In this document: positions 51,545 to 64,000 of the stretch, in pieces
How the letters are laid out: the number at the start of each line of letters is the position of its first letter
Numbering within the stretch: the first letter of the stretch is position 1
The notes under the pieces: model-generated
What the model was told of the DNA's origin: nothing
Seen by the model: the letters and a program-made list of their open reading frames with translations, nothing else
Database searches by the model: none
Assembly: GCF_009914755.1 (NCBI RefSeq)
Contig: NC_060943.1
DNA: 64,000 bases
Source of the DNA: the human T2T-CHM13v2.0 reference genome, Homo sapiens
Strand: one strand, 5' to 3'
Position numbers and translations under genes: made by a program

Positions 51545-52755
51545 AGGGGAAAAAAAAACTTTTATCTGAGAAATGTGAGCCCTTTCAAATTATCAGGCCT
51601 GGAGAGACATAAAAATGAGACAGCAATCATATCCTACTCCTGCTTTTGAGCTATGTATTTACCTATTGAAATGGCTTGCTATTGTCACATGCAGCTATGA
51701 ATTAACCTAATAATGCCTCACCAGACACTATATTCCACACCCCACAGTACAACAATGTATAGCTGATCAGTGATCAGTTTTGTTTCTGTAAACCAATGAG
51801 AATTCCTGACAGGATTTTGCACACTCCCTTTCCCCCTTTCTTTTCTTTTCCTTTAAAAACATGCCTGTAACAAAGGCCGAACAAAGCTCATATCCAAGGT
51901 TACTTGGGTCTGAGCCTCCTGGGCAGCTTGTCCTTATTTTAGCATGCGAGCTGAAGACTCACAAGGCTCACAACTTTGGAAAGGACACCTTTATTTCTCA
52001 TAAAGGGCTGCACCCTGCAGGCTGGCCATTCCACAGGCTGAGAAGCATAGCCTCCAGCAGAAGCCCAAAGCTTGAGGGAGGTGTGAAGGGAACAGGAATT
52101 TATGCTGAACAGGTTGGCTAAATATACATATTTAATAAGCTATAGAAGATGTCATGAATATCTGTGAAAGGAGAAACAGGCACATGTGCAATTGAGCTTC
52201 ATGCCTCTTCGTGGGTCACATATTCAAAAAATGGTGATCTTGGCATGATCTAAGGAGTCTTTGGCCCTCTGATGTCAAAAAGTGACAAAGAGGGGAACAC
52301 AAAAACTCTCACTGAGCATCCTCCACAAGTTGGCCAAAACTAGTCCAGAGTTGGTGGTCAGTTTTTAGGAAGGAAAGCATTGTGAAACTGCTGAGCTGCT
52401 GTGCCAAACGTGCAGAGAGGAAAGGAGAGTCCAGTTGTGGCCTCAGATGACTGGCTAAAGGTGATAGAAAAATGAGTTGTCCGTTTCTTGCTTTCTAGAG
52501 CTGGTTTCTGCCTACTCCTTAGGAAAGAATTCTGGTTAAAGGTTAATGAGAAAGGGACTTACTGAGGCGTGTCTGACCTCCCATCCCATCACAGCCAGGA
52601 AAACTCAGTTTTTAAGGTTTATCTGGGATCCTCCTGGCCAACAGGGGGATCTGTTTAGTCCACTGGGGGACTTAGGATTTTATTTTTATTTCTCAGTCTC
52701 AAGTAAACTGTTTAAATCTCACTTTGTGTTTCATTCTCTTCTTTTTAAGTGGACA
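51545..52755 (+). mobile_element. ERV1 LTR (MER57/LTR54-like) split by a nested LTR
   Basis: tttatctgagaaatgtgagccctttcaaattatcaggcc..; resumes at ~52695 as ctcaagtaaactg..ggaca. Confidence 0.65.
51944..52694 (-). mobile_element. MER50-like ERV1 LTR
   Basis: Reverse complement begins tgagaaataaaaataaaatcctaagtccccc..cagatccccctgttggcca..aaactgagttttcc. Confidence 0.75.
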
Positions 52756-53279
52756 AAAGAGAAAAAAATAGAAGAATTCCTAGAATTTACATTTATTCAG
52801 TAAGCAGCAGTGTCAATGCTTAAACAATTATACAGTAATACTAAAAAGTTCCTTTCTGCAAAGCTGTGGTTGAGTGGGTAATGAATTCCTAAACGCTGGA
52901 AATGACAAGATGTGTAAAACTACCCTCTGTTTTTTAAATATTTGGCTAGTCCTTTTCTCCCACAAGCTTCCTTTGTCCCATGATTAATTATTCTAAAATG
53001 GTTGGGCCATTTCTCCAGAATACAGAATATGTTAGCTGTCATTACCACACACTTGGGAAATGGTAGCATTCGAGTCTCTTGCCTGAGCATGGCTGTGAGA
53101 GGTATTCAGAGGATGCTGTGGGGAGATAATGTTTTGGTTTCACGATCAGGAACTAAAATCCAGAAGGATCTCACACTTCAGTGCATTCCAAGGCACCCCT
53201 GTTGACTATTGTATAGAGGATCCCAAAAGATAACAGCCACCTGGAGAAGGAAAGCAGCTCATAACAGACTGAGCTGTGT

Positions 53280-53280
53280 G

Positions 53281-53323
<43 letters not shown>

Positions 53324-53455
53324 ACTTGTAACTGCTACTAATGAGAGTGTGTATTCAGGGCAACTTGAATCTATGCTCCCAGGTGGCCATCTTCAAGCTC
53401 AAATAAACTCTATACTTAATCATAATTTCTGAATCTCGTTGTTTAAGGTTGGTAC
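53280..53455 (+). mobile_element. ERV1 LTR 3' fragment with A35 run
   Basis: tattcagggcaacttgaatctatgctccc..ctcaaataaactctatactta. Confidence 0.6.
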
Positions 53456-53679
53456 ACCACAATGGCCTAGCATCCTCCTGTTCCATGAGCAACAGACACC
53501 ATTCAAAGGGCTCTTCCTCCAATATCTAGACTCTCTTTGTACCAGCAATGTTAACTGTGGAGCAATTATTTGGTAATTAAACAACCACAGCAGTGTTATT
53601 AGCTCCACACTCTGAATGACATCTTTAAGCCTCTCTAATGTGTTAAGCATGTCTAATGTGTTTTTCCACTTTTGGATAA

Positions 53680-54250
53680 CTTAAGAGACCAGAATATGCC
53701 ATCTCAAAATATACCCCTTTGGCATAAGCATTATTTTGAGCCAATTATTTTTGAGAAACAGCAGACACCAGAGAAACAGAGTAGAAGTTACTCTTTTGCA
53801 AGGAAGACTTACTTCTATGATGAAAATTTTCTTTCATAAGGGTGCCTTCCTTTCAGCACTAGGATGAGAAGGATGGCTTAATCACAAGAGACTCTCATCC
53901 ATAGAGAAAGCTCTGACTTAAATCTGCATAACAAACTTCACCCTTTGTCTGCCATGCTTTTCCTGGTCACCTTTCCAGAACTGGCCTCCCCCACAGCCTC
54001 CTTTCTTTATTTCAGATGAAGATGGTAGTAAAGCCTGAATTCTAAGCCTTTTTTTTTTCTATTTTTTTTTTTTTTTTTTTTTTTTTCAGATTTTCCCGCT
54101 TTTCCTGAGTATCTCCTATGTATACAAAAGGAATACATGTTGATAAACTTCTGGTTTGTTTTGTTCTAGTAATGTGTCTTTTTTTTTAACAAGGGATCCT
54201 AGCTAAGACCTTAGAAGAATAAACAAAAAATTACTTTTTCAACCCCTGCA
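53680..54250 (+). mobile_element. MER34-like LTR
   Basis: gaccagaatatgccatctcaaaatat..tttggcataag..aaatctgcataacaaac. Confidence 0.75.
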
Positions 54251-54683
54251 ATAATCAACTTTATTGGGATAAAGATTCATATTTATTGCAATATGTCTTA
54301 TCTTTATGGAAATTCAAAAAGAATTCAATCACAGAATCAAAATTCCAGAACTGTACCCAAATATTAGTGAAAATTTAGTATACAATAAAAGCAACATCTC
54401 AAATTAGTGGAGAAAAAATAGAATTATTAAAAAGTAGTGTTGGAAAAACCATATAACCATATAGAACAAGGTAAAATTGAATCCATTCATTACACCCTAT
54501 ACCAAAAAGTTCTAAATATATCAGATATTTAACTGTAAAAAAATGCAACAAAACAATTTTTTTAAACTTGATAAATTTTTCTATCATCTGGGAGTGAAGA
54601 AATGTTTTCCTAACATAAAATTTTGAAACATAAGAAAATGTTTAATAAATTTACATAAAATGTTTAAAATCTTAGTATAATAA

Positions 54684-55304
54684 TGTCAGAGGCATTTGAA
54701 CCAGAGTGACTCCATCTTGAGTAAGCTCTGGATAAAATAAGGCTGAGACCTACTGGGCTGAATTCCCATTCTTAGTCACAGGATGAGCTAGGAGATTGGC
54801 ACAAGATACAGGTCATAAAGACCTTGCTGATAAAATAGGCTGTAGTAAAGAAGCCAGCCAAATTCTACCAAAACCAAGATGGCAATGAAAGTGAGCCCTG
54901 GTCGTCCTCACTGTTTGTTATACACTAACCATAATGCATTAGCATGCTAAAGGACACTCCCACCAACACCATGACAGTTTACAGATGCCATGGCAACGTT
55001 AGGAAATTACCCTAGATGGTCTAAAAAGGGGAGGAACCCTCAGTTCCAGGAATTGCCCACCCTTTTCCTGAAAAACTCGTGCATAACTCTCCCCTTGTTT
55101 AGCATATAATCTAGAAATAACTATAAGTATCCTTAGTCCAGCAGCCCAAGCTGCTGCTCTGCCTATGGAGTAGCCATTCTTTATTCCTTTACTTCCTTAA
55201 TAAACTTGCTTTCACTTTACTCTGTGGACTCCCCTCAAATTCTTTCCTGCTGAGATCCAAGAACCCTTTCTTGGGGTCTGGATTGGGACCCCTTTCTGGG
55301 AACA
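54684..55304 (+). mobile_element. MER41B solitary LTR
   Basis: tgtcagaggcatttgaaccagagtgactccatcttga ... ggggtctggattgggacccctttctgggaaca, about 620 bp. Confidence 0.92.
55044..55052. promoter_or_regulatory. GAS (STAT1) motif TTCCAGGAA within MER41B
   Basis: Matches TTCN3GAA at the known MER41B position; the second site (55065-55073) is degenerate, TTCCTGAAA. Confidence 0.55.
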
Positions 55305-56086
55305 ATAGAAAAAATAATCTAAGTAAATGGTTAAATGGCAAAACAGAATAAATTATTTGCAAAGTATATTTAAGGCAAGGGTTAATACACTTAATACACA
55401 AAGAACTTTTTTAAATGTTGGTGCAGGGAACCAATTACTTTATAATAGGCTAAGATTATGAACACACATTTCACAGAAACATAAGCACAAATATCTCTTA
55501 AAATATTTTGAAAGGTTAAACCTAACTTATAACTTAAAATGCAGATTAAAGGTGTACTGAGTTGTGTGTAACCAGACACAAAAAATCTAAAAGCTTGATG
55601 ACATATTTGGTTGGTGATTCTATGAGAAATAGGCCCTCTGATAAATTGGCAGTGTTAAGTGCAACATGATACAGTGAAGGAAAATTCAGAAATATCCATC
55701 AAAACCATGTATGCATTTATCCTTTCAGCCAGCCATCCCACTTCTAAAGATCTAGCCCAAGGATGAACCGAGAAAGAAAAGAAAAGAAAAGAAAAGAAAA
55801 GAAAAGAAAAGAAAAAAAAAAACATGAAAAGAGGCTATTCACTGCAGCACTATTAGAAATAGCAAAATCTCAAATGCCTACCAGTAGAAAGTTGGTTAAA
55901 TAGAGTAGAGTGCACAACACAACTGAGTACCATGCAGCTGTGAAGAAAAAAAAATAAGAGATATCTTCATACACTATATGGAGTAACCTCCAGGCTATAG
56001 TAAAAAGATTCTTCAAAAGGAAAATAATGTGCTAGTACACTATCATTTACTAAAACATAAAATTACAAAAATTCAAAAGGGGTGAA

Positions 56087-56088
<2 letters not shown>

Positions 56089-56142
<54 letters not shown>

Positions 56143-56160
56143 ACACACATACACACAGAT
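56089..56160. repeat. (TA)n(CA)n compound microsatellite
   Basis: Direct observation. Confidence 0.95.
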
Positions 56161-56290
56161 ACATATGAAGGTGTGTGTATATATATACACACATGTATAT
56201 AATGTATGTACGATTTGCTTATATTAAAAAAAGGAAAGATAAAAATGGTTACTGTATCTGCCAACTGTAACTGCAATAATGGCATGTGAC

Positions 56291-58567
56291 TTTATTAGTC
56301 TCTTTTCATGCTGCTGATAAAGACATACCCAAGACTGGGCAATTTATGTAGGAAAAAGGGCTTAATGGACTTACAGTTCCACATGGCTGGGAAGGCCTCA
56401 CGTTCATGGTGGAAGGCAAGGAGAAGCAAGTCACATCTTACATAGCTGTCAGCAGACAAAGAGAGAGCTTGTGCAGGGACACTCCTCCTTATAAAACCAT
56501 CAGAACTCATGAGACTTATTCACTATCATGAGAACAGCACAAGAAAAACTTGCCCCCATGATTCAATGACCTCCCATTGGGTCCCTCCCACAACACATGG
56601 GAATTCAAAATGAGATTTGGGTGGTGACACAGCCAAACCATATCATTTCACCCCTGGCCCCTCCCAAATCGCAAGTCCTCACATTTCAAAACCCAACATG
56701 CCTTCCCAATAGTCCCCAAAAGTTTTAACTCATGTCAACATTAACTTAAAAGTCTACAGTCCAAAGTGTCATGCAAGACAAGGCAAGTCCCTTCCAACTA
56801 TGAGCCTTTAAAATCAAACACAAGTTAATTACTTCCAAGATACGATAGGGGTACAGGCATTATGTAAATACAGCCATTCTAATTGGGAGAAATTGGGTGA
56901 AACAAAGGAGCTACAGGCCCCATGCAAGTCAGAAATCCAGCAGGGCAGTCAAATCTTAAAGCTCCAAAATTATCTCCTTTGGCTCCATGTCTCATGTCCA
57001 GGTCACACTGATGCAAGAGGTGGGCTTCCATGGTCTTGGGCAGCTCTGCCCCTGTGGCTTTGCAGGGCATAGTTCCTCTCCTGGCTGCTTTCATGTGCTG
57101 GAGTTGAGTGTCTGTGGTTTTTCCAGGTGCACAATGCAGGCTGTCAGTGGATCTACCATTATGGGCTCTGGTGGCCCTCTTCTCACAGCTCTACTAGGTG
57201 GTTCCCAAGTAGGAACTCTTTGTGGGGGCTCTGACCCCACATTTCCCTTCTGCACTTCCCTATCAGAGGTTCTCCATGAGGGCCTTTCCCCTGCAGCAAA
57301 GTTCTGGCTGGACATCCAGGCATTTCCATACAATCTCTGAAATCTAGGTGGAGTTTCCCAAACCTCAATTCTTGACTTCTGTGCACCCACAGGCTCAACA
57401 CCACATGGATGCTGCCAAGGCTTGGGGCTTCTACTCTCTGAAGCAACAGTCTGAGCTGTACCTTGGCCTCTTTTAGTCATGGCTGGAGCAGCTGGGATGC
57501 AGGGCACCAAGTCCCTATACTGTACACAGCATGAGGACCCTGAGCTTGGCCCATGAAACCATTTTTTCTTCCTAAACCTCCCTGCCTGTGATGGGAGGGG
57601 CTGCCACAACGGTCTCTGACATGCACTGGAAACATTTTCCTCATTGTCTTTGGGATTAACATTAAGCTGCCCCTTACTTATGCAAATATCTGCAGCCAGC
57701 TTGAATTTCTCCTCAGAAAATAAGATTTTCTTTTCTATTGCATTGTCAGGCTGTTAATTTTCCAAACTTTTATGTCCTGTTTCCCTTTCAAAACTGAATG
57801 CTTTTAACAGCACCCAAGTCACATCTTGAATGCTTTGCTGCTTAGAAATTTCTTCCCACAGATACTCTAAATAATCTCTCTTAACTTTCCACAAATCTCT
57901 AGGGCAGAGGCAAAATGCTGCCAGTCTCTTTGCTAAAACATAACAAGAGTCACCTGTGCTCCAGTTCCCGACAAATTCCTCATCTCCATCTGAGACCACC
58001 TCAGCCTGATAATGATTGTCCATATAATTATCAGCATTTTGGTCAAAGCCATTCAACAAGTCTCTAGGGGGTTCCAAACTTTTCCACATTTTTCTGTCTT
58101 CTCCTGAGCCCTCCAAACTGTTCCAACCTCTGCCTGTTACACAGTTCCAATGTCACTTTAACAATATTGGGTAACTTTTCAACAATGCCCCATTTTACTG
58201 GTACCAATTTACTGTATTACTCCATTTTCATGCTGCTGATAAAGACATTCCTGAGACTGGAGCAATTTATACAGGAAAAATAGTTTAATGAACTTACAGT
58301 TCCATGTGGCTGGGGAGGCCTCACAATCATGGCAGAAGGGAAAAAAGAGCAAGTCACGTCTTACGTGGATGGCAGCAGGCAAAAAGAGAGCTTGTGCAGG
58401 AACACTCCCCTTTTTAGAACTATCAGATTTCATGAGACTTATTCACTATCACGAGAACAACACCAGAAAGACCTGCCCCCGTGATTCAATTACCTCCCAT
58501 TGGGTGCCTTCCACAACAAGTGGGAATTCAAGATGAGATCTTGGTGGAGTACAGCCAAACCATGTCT
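56291..58567 (-). mobile_element. Full-length THE1 (THE1B-like) MaLR element: LTR 56291-56645, internal 56646-58212, LTR 58213-58567
   Basis: Two similar ~355-bp LTRs (ttttcatgctgctgataaagacat..cagccaaaccat) around a ~1.57-kb THE1 internal region; inserted in an older MLT1-like LTR. Confidence 0.95.
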
Positions 58568-58783
58568 TGACAAACTACCTTAAATTCAGTGGCTTAAAAG
58601 AATAGCCACTGATTCCCATGTTCCCAGGCCTGTGGGTCACACCAGGTTCGTCTTCTTTCTTTGAGATGTGAGTCTAGGGTCAGGAGGGGCAGCTCTGCTT
58701 TAGGCTGTGGATCTTCAAGGCAGCTGGTGTAACTGCTCATGTGTCTCACTTGGCAACCCAGCTGAAAGACTGGGCTACCAGAA

Positions 58784-59405
58784 ATGAAACTGCCTTTACA
58801 AAGATGATGACAGTGAAAGAAGTCTAGCATGGCTGACTCCATCTTGCTTCCAGCCTCAGAGACTGGTTGTCCTTGCTTATGCCTGGGCAGAGGTCAAGCT
58901 AACAACAGGAGGAATTTAGTTTATAGTTAAACTTTGAAGGAAGGATGAAAATAGTCTTTCCCTAAAACTGATCCCTCCTTGTTTAGGGGCTGAAACCACC
59001 TTTGTAAAACTAACAAAAGGCCACAAGATTATAGGAGAACCCTGAATTCTCCTACTATGTAGTTGTAGTTTCTATAATTCCTTATCGCCCAGGAGTCATG
59101 TGGCCAGAGGTCACTAGATTTGTAACTTCCCCAGTTGCTCCTACAATGCTATTATAGAACCTAAGATTGGTATCTTGACACATTTTTTAGACTTTTGCAT
59201 TCTGGCAACAGACTAACCCCACCTGGACTTGCGACTCATCACTCAACCGGTCCTATGGCCCCTACCCAGAAGCAGACACAGCACATGAGGACTGTTTTCC
59301 ACACCCCTATGATTTCACCCCCAACCAGGCAGCAGCACCCATTTTCTAGCCCCTGCCCAATAAACTATCTTTGAAAAACCCTAACCTCTGAGCCTTCAGA
59401 GAGAC
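58784..59405 (+). mobile_element. LTR8-family LTR, 3'-truncated
   Basis: tgaaactgcctttacaaa..ggctgactccatcttgcttc..gggctgaaaccacctttgtaaaactaac. Confidence 0.8.
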
Positions 59406-59772
59406 TGTGTAAAGAAATATAAATAAATCAATGGAACAGAATAAAGAATCCAGAAATAGATCCACATATGAATGATCCAATGATGTTCAGCCAAGATGCT
59501 AAGGTTATTCAATGGAGAAAAGATAGTCTAATGGGGAAAAGATAGTCTTAACAACAATTGGTGCCATATCCATATAGAAAAAAGGAATCCTTAATCTTTA
59601 CCTCACATCATATAAAAGATAACTCAATGCATCATAGACATTAATTTAAAAACTAAAACTATAAACTTCTGGAAGAAAATATAGGGAAAAAATATTTGGA
59701 ACCTCGGAGTCAGAAAGTTTTTTTGATAGAAAACAAAATGTATATTTTAGAAATCTGCTTTTTGAAAGACAC

Positions 59773-60957
<1,185 letters not shown>

Positions 60958-61090
60958 ACACCATTAAGAAAATTTAAAGGAAAGGTGCAGTTTGGGAGAA
61001 AATATTCTCTAAACGTTCATTTGATAAAGAACTTCTGTTAAGAATATATGAAGAACCCTAAAACTCAATTTAAAAAAAGACAAACTTGGA

Positions 61091-61397
61091 ATTTTGTTTG
61101 TTTGTTTGTTTTTTTGAGACAGGGTCTCACTCTGTCACCCAGACTGGAATGCAAAGGCGCGATCTCAGCTCACTGAAACCTCTGCCTCCCAAGTTCATGT
61201 GAATCTCCTGTCTCAGCCTCCCAAGTATCTGGGACTACAGGCATGTGCCACTGTGCCTGGTTAATTTTTGTGATTTTAGTAGAGACAGGGTTTCACCATG
61301 TTGCCTAGGCTGGTCTCAAACTCCTGTGCTCAAGCGATCCGCCCACCTCAGCTTCCCAAAGTGCTGGGATTACAGGCATGAACCACCGTGCCCAGCC
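61091..61397 (-). mobile_element. AluJb-like
   Basis: Antisense dimer with ctcctgtgctcaagcgatccgccc. Confidence 0.9.
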
Positions 61398-64000
61398 AAA
61401 CTCTGATTTTTTTAATGGGCAATGGATTTGAATAGATAATTTACTAAGTAATGTAATAAATCGCAAGTAAGCACATTAAAAAACCTACAATCAGATGATC
61501 TTCAATGGGTGAACACATTATTGGCACATCATGGCACATCCATACCATGAAATTCTCCTCACAATAACAAGAAATGAATTATTGACAAATGCAGTAACTT
61601 GGATGAATCTCCAGGTAATTCTGCTAAGTGAGAAAAGCCAATCCCTAAAGGTCATAGACTATATAATTCCTTTTGTTCCACATTCATGAAATGACAAAAT
61701 TATAGAAATGAAGAATGGATTGGTGGTTTCCAGGGGTCAGGGACTGGTGGGCAGGAGTCAGGGAAGCATGGCTATGAAAGGCCAGCAGGAGGGAGCCTTA
61801 TGGTGATGAACGTGTTCAGGATCTTGGCTGTACTAATGTCAGCTTCCTGGCTGTGTATCATACTACGGCTTTGTAATATGGTACCATAGGTAGTAAGCTG
61901 GGTAAAGGATGCACAGAGTCTTTCTGTACTTATTTTTTAAAACTCCATGTGAATCTACAATTATCTTAAAATGGAAAGTTTAATTTAAAAAATAACCTTG
62001 CAAATAAAAGGGGAAAACCAAAGCGTGTGTAACACCTTCCCTGTATGCATGCTTTCTCAGTGGAACCACAGAACTGATAAGGGAAATTTTCTTTTTATGG
62101 ACATATTCCAGCTGACAAATTTGATGGGACTGGAATATCCCCATGTGTCACCTTCTGTGAGGTGACAGATCTTTACATGATCATTGACAGCTGCTGACAT
62201 CACATAATAAGGCCTTATGAACCTCAGGCAGCACCACCTCTAAAGCAGTCTTGCCACAAAACATCAAACCTGGACCTGATCAAGCATCTGGATTGATTAT
62301 GGATATAGATGGACATAGAGAAAATATGGATATGGATATAGAGAAAATGCAGGAGACAGACGAGCAAGGGAAATGTCTCTGTGGGACAAAATCCACAAAA
62401 TCCAGATTGTTGGAAACTCTCCAGGACAAAAGATCTAGATTCTTCAAAAACAACAACATTGAGAAAAGAACTGCCAGAAAGAAAAAATACAGAAGGAGAA
62501 GATAAATTAAAAGAAACATGAGTTATGCCAGCCAAGTACAATGAATGGATCTGTTTTGGATCCAGGTACAAACAAACTGTGTAAAAATTTTAGAAGCATC
62601 CATATGACAGCTGAGAAAATTTGAACACTGACTTAGTGTTTGATGTTATTAAGAAATTTTTAATATTTTAGAGGTGAAAAATTGTATTGTGGGTATAATT
62701 TTTTAAAAATTTGATATTTGAAATTTTTTTGTAGATATATATTGAAATATTTATAGATCAAATTGTAAAAATCTGAGGTGGCCATTCATTCGTAATTGTT
62801 GAAGCTGGGTGATTAGTACATGGGGGGTTACTATATTAGGCTTTCTACTTTTGTATACATTTGAAATCTATTGTAAAACTATTTTAGAAAATATAAACAA
62901 AGTAATCTAATATTCCCCATGTTGGCCTCTGCAAAAATAATATCTCATGTAACTTGGGAAGCTTGGATATTTTTATGCATGGCATAAAAATGACAATGTA
63001 CATCCCTCTCCCCTCAGGACACAGAACACATTTGTGAGTCTTTTCACCCTCATCTCGTTGGAGATTTTATTGGGCAAAGAACCTTCAGTAGGCACGAAAT
63101 TCATTCTCACAAGCAGATGGATACATTATGCTCCATTTATTGCTCATCCTAAATTACAAACATTTCCAGTGAATGGAAAGGAAGATATGATTGAAAAGGA
63201 CTCTATAAAGACAGGATGTTTCTGTACAGTCCTCGTATCTGCTCACCTATTCCAAACTTTCCAGACATTTTACCAGAGGTTTAAGACATTCTCCTGAGGG
63301 TTTGTTGTAGAGGGATTTTTCTTAAATAAAGAGTGCAAGTAGCAAGCAATAGCCCACCCAATTGGAGATAAAAAAAAAAAGAGTGTCAGTTTTCCCCAGT
63401 GTTAAAAAAACAAAAAAGGCATCACCCTGCACATCCCTGGCAATTATACAAGGGGATGTACACAGCCCCCACCTTTCCTGAGTTCAAAAGGAAGGTGGGT
63501 TCTGAAAGAAGAAAAGGAAGAGTAGATCTCTTTGGATCTCTTGACACTCACAGCAAAGGGATTAAGGTATCTGAGTCAACTCTTGAGGCTTCTTTGAATT
63601 CAGGGATGAGGAGAGAATATGGTAAGCTTGACATCAGGTCCCAGAAGTTTTGAGAGAAAAGAACAGATTGCTCTTTGCAAAACAAACCAAGTGGGGTGCA
63701 TGGAGCCCCAGTGAATGGGAAACAGAGAAGTCATCATACCATGAAATGGTCTGAAATGTCAGGTGCACCATCCCTTGTGGGTACCAAATCTGTGCTCCGC
63801 ATAAACTTCTTCACCCAGAGTCAACTGGCAGGGGCAACTGGCTCACCAGGAGACCTAGCTATCCTCTTCTCCAGGCCCTAATTACACCTCCCTGCAACAG
63901 GGACTCTGCCATCTAACAGACAAGGAGGTGATTTGGTTCCCACATGTGGCTTTTTCTGCTGGGTCCCTTGAGGTCCATGGTAACCTTTTCCCCATTCTCC

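Larger units (their letters stand above)
54300..56060 (+). mobile_element. Old L1M 3' ORF2/UTR fragments flanking MER41B
   Basis: cattacaccctataccaaaa; cagccatcccacttcta; ctattcactgcagcactatt; includes (GAAAA)n at 55771-55815. Confidence 0.65.

Noticed and set aside
56879-58536. Cluster of ORFs up to 172 aa
   Set aside because: All lie within the THE1 element; interrupted MaLR internal ORF and its antisense frames.
62224-62571. Overlapping 79-115-aa ORFs
   Set aside because: Lie in an old L1 3' UTR with a small atggat repeat; no homology recognised.

Overview
Repeat-rich genomic DNA from a catarrhine primate, probably human or ape (AluY, LTR12, THE1 and MER41 are present). The only recognisable protein-coding remnant is the last three exons (369-534, 9087-9249, 10318-10418) and 3' UTR of an intron-containing cyclin-Y-like (CCNY/CCNYL1 family) paralogue on the + strand. 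It is disabled by a lost splice acceptor and two frameshifts, and its ancestral C-terminus survives in another frame. Its 3' UTR holds a near-perfect hairpin that resembles the mir-4775 precursor with the loop inverted, flanked by two head-to-head FAM monomers. The remaining ~50 kb is intergenic and made of Alu, L1, L2, MIR, MaLR and ERV1 LTRs, MER20 and minisatellites. Several retroelement rearrangements are unusual, most notably an L1 antisense-promoter/ORF0 fragment inserted just upstream of a MER4 LTR poly(A) signal. I find no clear evidence of a wholly new biological system. Repeat subfamily names and homolog comparisons come from recalled consensus sequences and need RepeatMasker/BLAST confirmation. 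Repeat boundaries are approximate.
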